A stretch of DNA of 64,000 bases from Torpedo marmorata (Eukaryota), in NCBI GenBank assembly GCA_977017645.1, contig OZ360240.1:44454001-44518000 (forward strand), given 5' to 3'. The notes beneath the pieces were generated by a model that saw only the letters and a program-made list of their open reading frames with translations, searched no databases and was not told the origin of the DNA. Position numbers and translations under genes: made by a program. This document shows, piece by piece, positions 10,301 to 21,519 of this stretch (positions are counted from its first letter, which is position 1; every line of letters starts with the position of its first letter).

Positions 10301-11264
10301 CAAGGCACAGCTGATCAAAGCCACTCGCCCCTTCGAACGTCTCAGCATTGACTTCAAGGGTCCCCTTCCCTCCACGAACCGCAATGTGTATTTTCTGAAC
10401 ATTATTGACGAGTACTCGCGGTTCCCCTTCGCCATTCCCTGCCCCGACACTTCGGCTGCCTCAACCATAAAAGCACTTCGCCAGGTATTTACGCTGTTCG
10501 GCTTCCCGAACTACATTCATAGCGACCGGGGATCAGCTTTTATGAGTGAGGAGCTGCGCCAGTTCCTGCTGACCCGGGGCATCGCCACTAGTAGGACCAC
10601 CGCATACAACCCCCGAGGTAATGGACAGGTGGAAAGGGAGAACGCCACTGTCTGGAAGGCGGCGCTCCTGGCTCTCAAGTCCAGGGGACTGCCGGTTTCC
10701 CGCTGGCAAGATGTTCTCCCCGAAGCCCTCCATTCGATACGGTCCTTACTGTGCACAGCCACAAATGTAACGCCTCATGAGAGATTTTTCTCCTTCTCCA
10801 GGAGGTCGAACACCGGGACCGCCCTGCCTGCCTGGCTGACGTCTCCGGGGCCGGTGCTGCTCCGCAACCACCTCCGGAGCAGCAAATATGAGCCCGCGGT
10901 CCAGAGGGTGCAGTTAGCGCACGCTAACCCGCAGTACGCCTACGTGGTCTTCCCGGATGGGAGAGAGGACACGGTCTCAATTCGGGACCTGGCGCCCGCG
11001 GGAGCGCCGGAGGAACCTCTCGATGGGCAAGACCACTCGCTGCGGCCCCTCCCTAGTCCCTCTTCTACAACGTCAGACCAGGCACCTGCGATGGAACCCA
11101 CAATCCTGTCATCTCACCCAGCACCACAGGAGGAGGCGACGGCCTTGCCATCTTCCCCTGCACCACAACCCGCACCCAGGGTACCCCCTGCACCACAACC
11201 CGCACCCAGGGTACTGCGCAGGTCACAGAGGCGAGCCAAACCACCGGATCGCCTTGACCTGTAA
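7329..11264 (+). CDS. Gag-Pol polyprotein, 1311 aa (Gag with two zinc knuckles, protease, RT, RNase H, integrase)
   Basis: CYFCGLDKHPRKRC and CSNCGKKGHYAKAC; LFDTGS; YLDD; ESDASD; H-x4-H...CRVC; SIDF / HSDRG / NGQVE. Gypsy order PR-RT-RH-IN; no chromodomain seen. Confidence 0.96.
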   Translation: MEGALRPDRLDIDPLAPDAGHAFEHWLRCLRSFSKEVKAESDEQKLEVLVSRVSPRLYSTIWKCGTYNEAMEVLRKIYVTPVNEVYARYRLSLRKQRAGESMVDFVRDIQYLVRACACKALTEEQHVDLLERDTFIMGMRSTYVRQRLLEHSDLDLRSAVAMACTLESALQNSDAMQTRDPQPNAWIAPFPSPTDPTVAAVARDPTAAAATRDPTAINATLTAAAVNREPEKCYFCGLDKHPRKRCPARDATCSNCGKKGHYAKACRSKPRAGPSSAACERWERPSCRLALPAPTACEEWKRPSFMLALPAPPSQSHTSLLPALPAPPFCAETSSDTCNPRERPFLKTSDQDDFTPTLASITLDQNVPHQLTRSMMDILVEGHKINCLFDTGSTESFIHPDTVQRCGLMTVPVSQRVAMASGSHTTDIRGACVANIVVQGAEYRQFSFFVMNRLCAPVLLGLDFQSHLQSVTMRYDGPLPAITVANHQFLDSTPETTCGLSTLKISPPSLFANLTPDCRPVATKSRRYSTEDRAFIKTEVQRLQQEGIIEMSNSPWRAQVVIVKGAKSRMVVDYSQTINRFTLLDAYPLPRIAEMVNQIAQYRLFSTIDLKSAYHQLPIRREDRPYTAFEADGRLFQFLRLPFGVTNGVSVFQREMDRIVDHYKLKATFPYLDDITICGYDRQDHDNNLRKFLQAAKALNLTYNKEKCVFGTTRLAILGYVVENGVIGPDPERMRPLLELPLPANPRALKRCLGFFSYYAQWVPNYADKARPLVKSTAFPLASEARKAFDLIKGDIARATMHAVDEETPFQVESDASDFALAATLNQAGRPVAFFSRTLQGPEIRHSAVEKEAQAIVEAIRHWRHYLAGKRFTLLTDQRSVAFMFNNQQRGKIKNDKIMRWRIELSTYNYDIMYRPGKLNEPSDALSRGSCASAQVDRLHALHNDLCHPGITRLFHFVKSQNLPYSLEEVRTMISSCRVCAECKPQFYRPDKAQLIKATRPFERLSIDFKGPLPSTNRNVYFLNIIDEYSRFPFAIPCPDTSAASTIKALRQVFTLFGFPNYIHSDRGSAFMSEELRQFLLTRGIATSRTTAYNPRGNGQVERENATVWKAALLALKSRGLPVSRWQDVLPEALHSIRSLLCTATNVTPHERFFSFSRRSNTGTALPAWLTSPGPVLLRNHLRSSKYEPAVQRVQLAHANPQYAYVVFPDGREDTVSIRDLAPAGAPEEPLDGQDHSLRPLPSPSSTTSDQAPAMEPTILSSHPAPQEEATALPSSPAPQPAPRVPPAPQPAPRVLRRSQRRAKPPDRLDL

Positions 11265-11324
11265 ATTATGACTGTAAATACTTTGAGATTGTATTGTGGC
11301 CACTCCACCCCGCTGGACTCTTTT

Positions 11325-11339
11325 AAAAGGAGGGGTGAA
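11325..11339 (+). promoter_or_regulatory. Polypurine tract
   Basis: aaaaggaggggtgaa directly before the 3' LTR. Confidence 0.85.
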
Positions 11340-11591
11340 TGTGGTAAACCACTGTTTTGTGTATTGTGTGTACTGCTGTCTGTCCCAACGACTCCTCTCC
11401 CCTCCTTTGGGTCTCCAGGTAATCCCTCCCCTTTTCTCTCTTGAATAAAGGCTTGTGTGCTAGGGCTCCGCCCTCAGTCCGGGAGATCTGTAGGTCCACT
11501 GCAGCTCTGTAGCTCTGTTCTATGTATATTAAAGCCTATGGTACGTTAACCCTCTCATAGTCTCTTGAGTGCTTAATTGATAGGCATATCA
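11340..11591 (+). repeat. 3' LTR
   Basis: Direct copy of 7041-7292. Confidence 0.96.
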
Positions 11592-11782
11592 GGGGTGCAA
11601 TGGCAGGTAAAGATGTCAAATTGTGCCAGCACCAAACTGTAAACAGAAAAATATGTGGAAGAAAGTATGGCTATAAAGAGAAGTTCTAAAATGATTGGCA
11701 AGATCACTCAACATATCTGAGTCTGCTGTAATTGCTATGATTCCGTTATTTTATTTTGCTTTAGATGGTTTGAGTACATATT

Positions 11783-12030
11783 ATAAATTTAAATCTTGAC
11801 ATAGAGCACAGTAACAGGGTCTTCCGGCCCACGAGCCCGTGTTGCCCAATTACACCAATTGACCTACAACCCTCGTACGATTTGAAGGGTGGGAGGAAAC
11901 CGGAGCACCTGGAGGAAACCCACACAGAGACGGGGAGAACGTGCAAACTCCTTACAGACAGAGCCGGATTCGAACACGGGTTGCTGTCGCTGTAACAGCA
12001 TTGTGCTAACTGCTACGCTAACCGCACTGC
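11783..12030 (-). mobile_element. V-SINE (HE1-like, tRNA-derived)
   Basis: tRNA-like head with B box, V-domain ggtgctccggtttcctcccac, CR1-like tail ending in tttaaa repeats. Confidence 0.85.
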
Positions 12031-12444
12031 GCTTATCTTATATAGGTAAACATATCTCCCACAGTGGTTACAAATTAGAGCCACATTCAGCTAAATAATT
12101 TTAGTTGTGCCTGTTTTCAGTAGTACCAGTGCATATTTTCATCAATAACCAACTTAATGACAATGTCATACAAAAATCATTACAGGTTAGTATGTATGAT
12201 TGAGTTGCTGTGAAAGACTTTTCACTAACAGTCCTTAAACACAGAAAGATGAGATGAGAGTTTATTGTCCTTACGTAAGTACAGAAGTCAGCCTTCATCA
12301 GGCTTCAGAACGAGGGCCTTATGTCCTGTCCAGCCATAAAGGGAGAACACAGCGGGCACCATTGACTGTTTAGCTGTTGCTCCATAATCTGAGCCCCACT
12401 TTCTGCAGTGGTCGGAACATTCAGGTGAAAGGCTATTGTGCAAG

Positions 12445-12730
12445 GCGGCATGGTTAGCATAGGAGTGGCATGGTTAGCATAGGGCAGCACGGTTAGCGTA
12501 GCAGTTAGCGCAACGCTGTTGCAGTGCCAGCAACCGGGGTTTGAATCCGGTGCTGTCTGTAAGGAGTTTGAACGTTCTCCCCGTGTCTGCGTGGGTTTCC
12601 TCCGGGTGCTCCGGTTTCCTCCCACCTTTCAAAATGTACCGGGGTTGTAGGTCAATTGGGTGTAATTGGGTGGCAAGGGCTTGTGGGCCAAAAGGGCCTG
12701 TTACTGTGCTGCATGTCTAAATTTAAAAGG
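12445..12730 (+). mobile_element. V-SINE with duplicated 5' head
   Basis: Same family; ggcatggttagcatag repeated twice in front of the head. Confidence 0.85.
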
Positions 12731-13191
12731 TTTAGTACGCAGGGCTGTTCTACAACAAATAACAGCTTCCTTAGGGTTGTTTCTGATTAAGTGTGCTGCA
12801 GTTGCATTTCAACCTTCATGATTTAAGTACTTTCATTAACTTTTATGTATTTAGATGTATAATTTAACATTTTTTTTATTCCTTATCTTATTTTTTCCTC
12901 CTCTTTCCATTTTGGAGAGTCTCACTGTTAGTTAACACTGCCTTGGCTAGTCGGTCGATCATTCTTTTGTTGTTTTATTTTTGCTTTCCAAGAGGATGAG
13001 GTGGAATTCGACTGAAATGAGGAGGGATTGAGCAGGAGGAAGGCAGCACTGATACACTCTTATCCAACTGCACTAATCCACACACTCCTGAGCACATCAT
13101 GGTGTGAGCTTGTTATACAACCTTCAAAAATGCCTTCTTGGATTAATAGAATATTAATTTCAGTTACAGGAAGATTAAGAACATGCACACA

Positions 13192-15350
13192 ACCATCAGC
13201 TAAAGTAATTACAAATGGACAAATATCGTCAAAATTTTCTTTGACACGATCTACGAGACAGGGATGTCCCCTGTCACCAGCTTTATTTGTTTTGGCAATA
13301 GAACCTTTGGCTGAATTAGTTGGAAAAGATCCTAAAATAGTGGGTATTAAAGTTGGTATGGAAGAACTCAAGATTAGTTTGTTTGCAGATGATGTATTGA
13401 TATATATGACAAAATCTATTATATCACTTCAACAATTATCTATTATATTGAGAGAATATGGTGAAATATCTGGATATAAAATTAATTCAGATAAGAGTGA
13501 AATAATGGCTTTATCTCAAGGTGATTATACTAGATGTAAAGAAGTAACACAATTTAAATGGGCTAAAGAGGGAATTAAATATTTAGGGGTTAAGGTTGAT
13601 ACAAAATTGGAAAACTTAAATAAATTAAATTATTTAACATTATTTGTGAAAATAAAGAAAGATTTAGAGAATTGGAAAGATTTACCTATAACTTTAATGG
13701 GAAGGGTAAATTGTATTAAAATGAATATTTTTCCAAGAGTTCAGTATCTTTTTCAATCAATTCCTTTTGGAATTCCTCAAAAATTTTTTAAAGATTTAAC
13801 TTTTATTGTTAGGAAATTTTTGTAGAAAGGAAAGTTAGCAAGAGTAAGTATGGAAAAGTTAACTTGGAATTATGAGTTGGGTGGATTGCAACTTCCTAAT
13901 TTCCAAAATTATTATAAAGCAGCCCAATTAAAATTTGTTAATGAATTTTTTGATTCAAACAAAACTTCTGCTTGGATTAAAATAGAATTAAATAATATAG
14001 GAGAACATTTTAAAGAAGAGATTATTTATAAATGGGATTCTAAATTAATATCAGTAAAAAAGAAAAATTCACCAATTATTAAACATTTGTTAGAAATATG
14101 GGGTAAATTGGATAAAGAGATAGGTGGAAGAGGATTAATTTCTTCAAATATGCCTTTATATCAAAATGGACTTATTCCATTTACTATTAATAATCAGTTA
14201 TTTAGAATTTGGTTTCAAAAAGGTATTAAGAAGATTAATGATTGTTTTGAAGCTGGAAGACTTATCACGTTTCAAAGAATGAAAGATAAATTTAATATAT
14301 TAGATAATACATTTTTAGCTTATTATCAAGTTAAAGCTTTTTTAACCGAGAAATTAGGTCATGCTTTGATTTTACCAAGACAAAATGAATTAGAATTATT
14401 AGTTACCAATGGAGAAGTTAATAAATTTATTTCTCAAATGTATAAATTGTTTCAGAAGAAAATGCCTAAATTAGGAATTCATAAATCAAGATTAAAGTGG
14501 GAATTAGATTTGAATGTAAGAATAGATGAAAATCATTGGAAGGAATTATGTAAATTAAGTATGACGAAGATTATCAATGTTAGATATAGATTAGTACAAT
14601 ATAATTTTTTTCATCAATTATATTTAACACCTAAAAAATTAAAGAAATTTAATCCGACATTATCAGGTTTATGTTTTAGATGTAATAATGAGGAAGGTTC
14701 TTTTGTACATTCTACATGGTTTTGTTCAAAGATTCAAGATTTTTGGTTGAAAGTTAAAATTTTTTTAGATAAAGTATTTAATATTACATTTCCAATGGAT
14801 CCTATGTTATTTTTATTTGGAGATATTAGAAAATTTAGTATTAAAACGAAATTAAATATGTTTCAAGTAGAATTTTTACGAATTGCTTTAGCGGTTTCGA
14901 AAAAATGCATTGCTATTACTTGGAAATCTGACTTAGATTTAGGATTAGAAAGATGGCATGCAGAACTCCGTTCGTGTATACCACTGGAAAAAATTACTTA
15001 TAATCTACGTAATAAATATCATTTCTTTTTGAAAAATTGGAGCCCATATATGAGAGCTGTGGGTTTAAGGATTTGAAGATCTCTAGATATCGGATCTACT
15101 GGCAAACTTGACCTCCGTAATAGAATTAGTTTATTGATGATATTCCCCTTACTCTATCTTTTCCTTTCTTTTTTTTTCTATTTTTATTTTTATTTTTACT
15201 GTTATTATTAGAATAGTGGGGATGGGGGGTTAGGGTGGGGAGGGAGGTGGGGGGGGTGAAAATATATCACATGTATTTTGATAATTTTATATTTTATTTT
15301 ATGTATTTTGTGATTTAAAAGTTTAAATAAAATTAAAAAAAAAAAAAAAA
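13192..15350 (+). mobile_element. 5'-truncated L1 (RT C-terminus, C-rich domain, 3' UTR, poly(A))
   Basis: RQGCPLSP and FADD motifs; one TGG>TAG stop at 13823-13825; G-rich 3' UTR; poly(A); 15-bp TSD aagaacatgcacaca (13177-13191, 15351-15365). Confidence 0.95.
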
Positions 15351-15715
15351 AAGAACATGCACACAGTGATACATGTTTGTGCTATTGTAATGACTATTCC
15401 AGTGTCTTGTGTAGGGTGCATATCCTGCGACTAGGCTAGTTTACAGTGAATTAAGGATACTGCTCTTGGAAGATGCAAGTTTTACATAAACTTCTGAATT
15501 TGCATTTTGAAAGTTTGTGTGATGAAGATAAGCTTTATATCAAATACAATGGAAGATCCATAAGCTGAGGGCGATCAGGCTGATGGATTACATCTTGGAG
15601 AATGCACTCCTCACCTGCTCAATAACACCCAAAATTGTCAGGCAGGGCAGCTTCCTGTGTTCCTATATTCCACATGTCCTGCGCACAACATTCAGTCTGG
15701 CCACTCTTGCCTCTA

Positions 15716-15846
15716 ATAAAAACACACAATAAATGCTGGCGGAACTCAGCCAGTCTTGCAGTGTCCATAGGAGGTAAAGATATATTACTGACATTTTGGG
15801 CCTGAGCCCTTCTTCAAGGTATTAAGCAATACCTTGAAGATGGGCT
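15716..15846 (-). mobile_element. Penelope-like terminal repeat with decayed hammerhead; left arm of an inverted pair
   Basis: Reverse complement of ~16390-16505; local palindrome tcttcaaggtatt-aagc-aataccttgaaga (15811-15840). Confidence 0.75.
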
Positions 15847-15859
15847 TATAACATTTAAG

Positions 15860-16375
15860 CACTGGCGTCACTAGGGGGGGGTGCGGACCGCACCGGGTGA
15901 CACCATCAGAGGGGTTGACACCAAAATGACTGTCTATAAAATGTTTGTGCAGTGTTTCAGCAGAAATTTATTATTTTTTATAAAACTATCCCTGTAGTTA
16001 GTTATAACAACAAAAACATTTTTCGTAAGCCCAGCTTACATGTATCAATATGTATCAAGGCTAAAACTCTATGCTAATTTACTTTTTGAACCTTCCAATG
16101 CGCCACCGTCCACCCCCCCAACCACCCCCCCCAACCACCCCCCCTCCCCCAACCACCACCCCCCCCAACCACCACCACCCACAACCACCCCCCCTCCCCC
16201 AACCACCCCCCCCCCCCAACCACCCCCCCCCCCAACTCAGCGCCGCCGCCCCGGACATACAAGGAACACACACCTGTTTCTTCTACACTCGTACACTCGG
16301 TCCATGGGGAGGGGGGAGGTGGGGTGACACCATGAGTTACCGCACCGGGTGACACTAACCCTAGTGACGCCACTC
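15860..16375. mobile_element. Non-autonomous hAT element (MITE) with internal C-rich tract
   Basis: TIRs cactggcgtcactaggg / ccctagtgacgccactc; 8-bp TSD catttaag / cctttaag. Confidence 0.85.
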
Positions 16376-16389
16376 CCTTTAAGAAAGGC

Positions 16390-16541
16390 TTTTGCTTATA
16401 CCTTGAAGAAGGGCTCAGGCCCGAAACGTCGGTAATATATCTTTACCTCCTATGGATGCTGCGAGACCGGCTGAGTTCCTCCAGCATTTACTGTGTGTGT
16501 TTACTACAACCACAGCGTCTGCAGGCTTCCGTGTTTCACTT
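16390..16541 (+). mobile_element. Penelope-like terminal repeat; right arm of the inverted pair
   Basis: Hammerhead motif followed by ctgagttcctccagcattt...gtgtttcact end. Confidence 0.8.
16397..16437 (+). ncRNA. Minimal type I hammerhead ribozyme motif
   Basis: uauacc-UUGAAGA-a-GGGC-ucag-GCCC-GAAAC-GUC-gguaaua; predicted cut after C16430. Confidence 0.75.
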
Positions 16542-17314
16542 TTGCCTCTAGGATTGGTAAACATCATTGTTATCAGGAAGGGTGCTGAATCATGAGAATT
16601 TCTTGTTCTTACAAGCATTCATAGCTCTGTTCCTACCATTGAATCCCCTTTGGTTACCTCATTTTGGTTTGAATAAGATATCTGATTGAGAAATAAACTT
16701 TTCACACTGGCCAAAGTTAACTGTTTTGCGTCTCCATTATTCTGGATATGGAGTGGAAACATATTCTTTCCAAAAGTGTTAACTTAGCAAATGGTAGCTG
16801 TCTCAACTTGCTGCAAAAAATAGTGAGGTTTCAAGCAGCAGGTAAATAAGTTGAACCAAAAGCTGTAGCCCAGGCTTTATTGTGTCTTGTCAACAATGCC
16901 ACTCAGAAGTGGTGGCACTACTCTCATGAATGCCAGGAATTTCAAACTCCCACACAGCTGTCGTCTATCACCTCTGGTGGCTTCCACTGTTGCTCTGTAC
17001 CTGGCATCCAAAGTTGGAGCAGGTGCTTCCTGGAATTTCCCAGCACTAATTCTTCAGCGCTACTCTCAGTTCAACCTTCACATGAGAGCTGCCCAGGATC
17101 CATGTGCTTATTTATTGCAGTGGAGATGTTTTAACTGTGAGGGAAGTAGAGCATAAATATTTCAATTATTTAATTTTGTTAAATATTTAAATTTTAGGTA
17201 ACGTTAACAATTTTTTATTGAATTTTAAAATGTTTATTTCACATATAAATAGTTCGCACATGTTTCTGTACATTAAGAGTGTTTAGGAAGATTAAAAATC
17301 CTTGACAGCTTGTA

Positions 17315-18510
17315 CAGATGGTTGAAATAAAAATGATGAAAACATATCAGCAGATCAGACAGCATCTGTGGATAGAGAAACAGTGGTTCAAGTTTGGAGA
17401 GAGGGTGTTGGAGGATGAAGAGGACATTGGAAACTATCTCTGAGAGGGTATGGCTAGGATTACCAAGGTGATTCTATTACTTCTGGCAGTATCTGCTCAA
17501 GAGATTAGTGAAGTTAGTTAGAGAAAATGAAAACAAGCAAAAGGGCAAGTAAAGCTTTAAAATGCATTTAGAACTTGTGTAACTTGAAAGGAAAAGAGAA
17601 CAACAGGCAATGTCCATGGAGAGAGAAAAACAAAGTTCATATTACAGATGGCTAATGTTACAGCTGAACTGGCCAGTTGTGATGCAAACAGATAACGTGA
17701 ATTCCCTGAAATTGTTGAATTTGATATTGAAAAACAAAGATTGCAATACAGGCAGTCGCCGAGTTGAAAACGCCCGATTTACGAACAACTCATACTTACG
17801 CACGGAGAAGCCGACCGGAAGTAGAATGCCATGAACTTCCGGTTTGAGCGTGGTTATGCTGTAGGATACAGGATACTCTCGCGCGATGCTGCCGTCACCC
17901 AGCAGGGAGGGAGGGAGGGAGGGCAGGAGGGAGGGAGTGGGGGGTGAGGGAGCGAGTAGCCAGCGAGAGGGAGGGGGGAAGCGAGTGGGAGGGAGGAGGA
18001 GGGGGGAGCGAGGGGAAGGGAGGAGGGTACGAGCGAAGGAGCCGGGCGCGGATCAGAAGGAGCGAAGATGCGGGAGGGCAGGGCCTTGGGGTCGGGGGCG
18101 CTGCCATTGCCCAGCATTGCGAGAGATTAGCCATCTCTCCATCTTCTCCTGTGAGTGTTAACTTTTAATCATGATCTTATGACCATATGTAGTTACTTTT
18201 ATTATTATGTACTGCATTATTATGTACTGTATTATTATGTTTAAGATGTTTTAGTATATTGGGAAGTGTTTTATATGCATATAAAGGTAAATTATATACT
18301 ATATATACTATATACTAAGATAAACATTTGACTAACTGACGCTAAATAAGGACCGTATGTACCTGTTCCGACTTACATACAAATCCGAATGAAAGGCAGA
18401 CCTAGGTAACGGAACTCGTTTTTAACCCGGGGACTGCCTGTATGCACAAATGTAAGGTGAGGTGTCGTTCCTCAAGCTTACATTAGGACTGATCAGAACA
18501 GTGTACAATA
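17315..18510 (-). mobile_element. Old Penelope-like fragment interrupted by a MITE
   Basis: Terminal motif gaaataaaa...cagacagcatctgtgga. Joining 17700-17748 to 18443-18505 gives sequence resembling the GIY-YIG C-terminus at 2770-2850. Confidence 0.5.
17749..18440. mobile_element. Tigger/pogo-type MITE
   Basis: TIRs caggcagtcgccgagttgaaaacg / cgtttttaacccggggactgcctg; TA on both sides. Confidence 0.85.
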
Positions 18511-19276
18511 ATTGTACAGATCTATTTCATTTGGGTTACGGCTTTATTCCTGCAGCAAATGGTGACTATTAATTGCAAATTAGAGTTTTCAGATTTATTA
18601 TCTCCTTTAGTCCTGTTCAGGCTTTCCTTCATAAAGACCAAGGTCCTGAGATTTTTTTACCCCATTAATTTGATTGCATTTTACAATATCATAGTCATAT
18701 TTCCTTGACTAGTATCACAGATCCCAAACAAGCAGAACGTGAATAGTTATCACATTTGTACACTTAATTGGCAAATAATGACTTTGGCTCTGAATAAGCA
18801 GGATTCTTTCTGAATTTCTGCAATGAGTCAATAAATCATAAGATAACTAACCATGCATGCTCAGACACACACCTTACTTTGGTGTTCCAAACATGTTCAA
18901 GAATTTTAATTTAAATTTGCAAAATAAGAATTGATATATGGGTTATACTTGTTCGTTCCAAGTGGACCAGGACTATTTAATTCTTAGCACATACTTTATT
19001 TATATTGGGCATTGCTGGAAGCAATTTGCCAAGATTAGAATGATGATGAAGTACACATGCTTTGTGGAAAACTCTTGCAGTGTTCAACAGGGTCAAGGTA
19101 CCAGTTTACACTGAGCATGCACTCTGAGAAAGGAGATAAAGGACAAAAAGCTCACTAAACCAGTTAGACTAAACATCAGGATAGTATTTCCTAATTACCT
19201 GATGAAGATTTGGTTAAAGTATGCAAGGAGTGAAGCATCAACAACATTCCTTAATATTTTATTCTGTAGCTACATG

Positions 19277-19560
19277 GGGGGCACGGTTAGCGTAGCAGTT
19301 AGTGCAACGCTGTTACAGCGCCAGTGATCGGGACTGGGGTTCGATTCCCGTGCTTTCTGTAAGGAGTTTGTACGTTCTCCCCGTGTCTGCGTGGGTTTTC
19401 CCCGGCGGCTCCGGTATCCTCCCACCGTTCGAAACATACCGGGGGTTATAGGTTAATTGGGTGTAATTGGGTGGCACAGGCTCGTGGGCTGAAATGGCCT
19501 GTTACCGTGTTGAATGTTTAAATTTAAAAATGTAAAAATTTAATTTAAATTAAAAAAATT
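19277..19560 (+). mobile_element. V-SINE
   Basis: ggcacggttagcgtagcag head, ggttcgattcc B box, V-domain, tail. Confidence 0.88.
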
Positions 19561-19641
19561 AGTGTCAACCTAATACAGTAAAACCCCTGTTCACAGCATT
19601 ATTCCCAAATAAAATATGACACCAGGCTTCATAAGGAAGTA

Positions 19642-20313
19642 CAGGTGCCTAACCTTTTATCCGAAACCTTGGGACCGGACACTTTTCGGATTTTTTCGGA
19701 TTATAGAATTATAGAAGCTGACGTCCCCGCTGCTGCCGACCCGGGAGGCCGGCGTCCCCGCTGCTGCCGACCCGGGAGGCCGACGTCCCCGCTGCTGCCG
19801 ACCCGGGAGGCCGACGTCCCCGCTGCTGACGACCCGGGAGGCCGACGTCCCCGGCCCCGTTGTGATTTGGAATGCCGTCCGAGGTCCTGACCTGCCGGGA
19901 GGCCGACGCCGAACCTAATCCTGACCTGCTGGGAGGCCGACGTCGGCACCGCTCCTGTGTTGTGATTTGGAACGCATGCGCAGATTTCCGTCGCTCTCTC
20001 TCCCTCTTCAATCTCTCTCCCTCCCCAGCGACGGCAATCTGCGCATGCGTTCCAAATCGGAGGTGCTGGACAAGGGAGGGGGGGGGGGGTTGCAGCGGCG
20101 TCTGTACCTGTAAGACATTTTCGCTGCTGTCGGGAGGCCGACATCCCCGATGTTCCACTAACTACCGACGCAGTCCGACACGGGATTTTCAAGCGTGAGC
20201 TAAATGTAGGTTGCGTCGGGTCATGTTTGGTGAGCACATGACATCCATGAAAAAAAGTTTGGTTTTTGGAGGTTTCCGGTTTTAGGAATTCCGGATGAAA
20301 GGTTAGGCACCTG
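19642..20313. mobile_element. Tigger/pogo-type MITE with internal GC-rich minisatellite
   Basis: TIRs caggtgcctaacctttt / aaaggttaggcacctg; TA TSD; subterminal ttatccgaaaccttgggaccggac resembles 55385-55410. Confidence 0.88.
19720..19852. repeat. 31-bp tandem repeat (~4.3 copies)
   Basis: Unit gacgtccccgctgctgccgacccgggaggcc. Confidence 0.9.
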
Positions 20314-20323
20314 TATTATGGTA

Positions 20324-21024
20324 CAATAAAACACCTGGTATCCGGCACCTATGGGGATTGGTATTTTATGGTTGCTTGAGATTTATTCTTACAATACCTA
20401 ACTAATACACCTGCATTAAGAATAAACAGTTTAAAATATAAAAATACTGCTCTGTACTTACACTGAACAAACTTCACTTGCATGAATATACGTATAAATA
20501 TTTAAGCATTTTACTTTATTTTAAGTCATATTCTTTGTAAACATTTTACCGTCGCTGCATCTGCAGGTTCCTCCCCCTCCACGGAGCTGCCCGAAATACA
20601 AACAATAACATTATAGATAATTAACTCCCACCCCCAAGTTTAGAGATAAAGCCTCTGACTGGGGTAACTCTTACAAAGCAGGGATAAGGAGACACTTTAA
20701 GAGAGTCACCCCAATGGCGAGTGGCATCAACCAGCTCTTCATCCTGGGCGACGCCACTGCTGTTTCACACAACTTTATTCAAACATCTGCTACAAGCAAA
20801 GCACGATCAAGACATTCCGCTGGCTGAATATTTGCTCCCATCTTCACCAAAGGTTTATGTGTTACTTCAGAGAACATTTACTTTTACAATTTTAAACTTG
20901 CGTATTTTTACCTATTATTTTATTATTGTTTATTTTAATTTTTAAAATTTATTTTCCTCAATTATTTTTGCCGTTTGTTTGAGGCTGCTGGTTGCTTGAA
21001 TTCCGGATACCAGGGGTTTTACTG
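20324..21024. mobile_element. Tigger/pogo-type MITE
   Basis: TIRs caataaaacacctggtatccgg / ccggataccaggggttttactg; TA TSD; related partial copy at 50041-50240. Confidence 0.85.
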
Positions 21025-21519
21025 TATTCTGCTGTATAGTAGGATCTATAAAGTGAGTTAATGTCCAACAAGTAAAAAAAAAGTTACCACCTGAACAGTA
21101 AGAGAAAAGCTTCGGGACTCGGGAGTACTGATAATGTGGAAAAGTATCGTGGCATTTGCTGTAATAGTTGACCAAAAATGCGAGCTACTTTCCATATCCC
21201 ATTTACCTCCACTAATGTCAGAGTGCATCATTGAATTTTTATTTGTTAGCCTTCCATTGCAGAAAACTATTTGTTTTCACAATTTGTTTCTTCAACTGAA
21301 AAGGAAGGATGGGTGGATAATCATTTGATGGCATCTTTATCATTTTAAATTACCAGCCACATGACCTTTTGCCACCAAGAGAAACACAAGCACCAAGCTC
21401 CTTCTGCGAACTACACACATCCTGGGCATATAGTGTGTGTTCCTGAGTAAAATCCTGCAAACTCATGGCTGGCAAAATCATAGGAGATCATCACCATGAG
21501 GATTAAAGCATTCCCTCCC

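Larger units (their letters stand above)
7041..11591 (+). mobile_element. Full-length intact Ty3/Gypsy LTR retrotransposon
   Basis: Two 252-bp TG...CA LTRs with no differences I could see; 5-bp TSD GGGGT (7036-7040, 11592-11596); PPT; one uninterrupted gag-pol ORF. Confidence 0.97.

Noticed and set aside
7583-11308. Many overlapping or antisense ORFs in the Gypsy element
   Set aside because: Expected shadows of a GC-rich coding region; no recognisable motifs and no env-like ORF.
12484-12560. tRNA genes
   Set aside because: The A/B-box sequences are heads of V-SINEs and continue into the V-domain and LINE tail.
13028-13191. N-terminal part of the 265-aa ORF
   Set aside because: Chance open frame in flanking DNA upstream of the L1 TSD.
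19040-19127. C/D box snoRNA-like pattern (atgatga...ctga)
   Set aside because: No terminal stem and no rRNA or snRNA guide that I could recognise.
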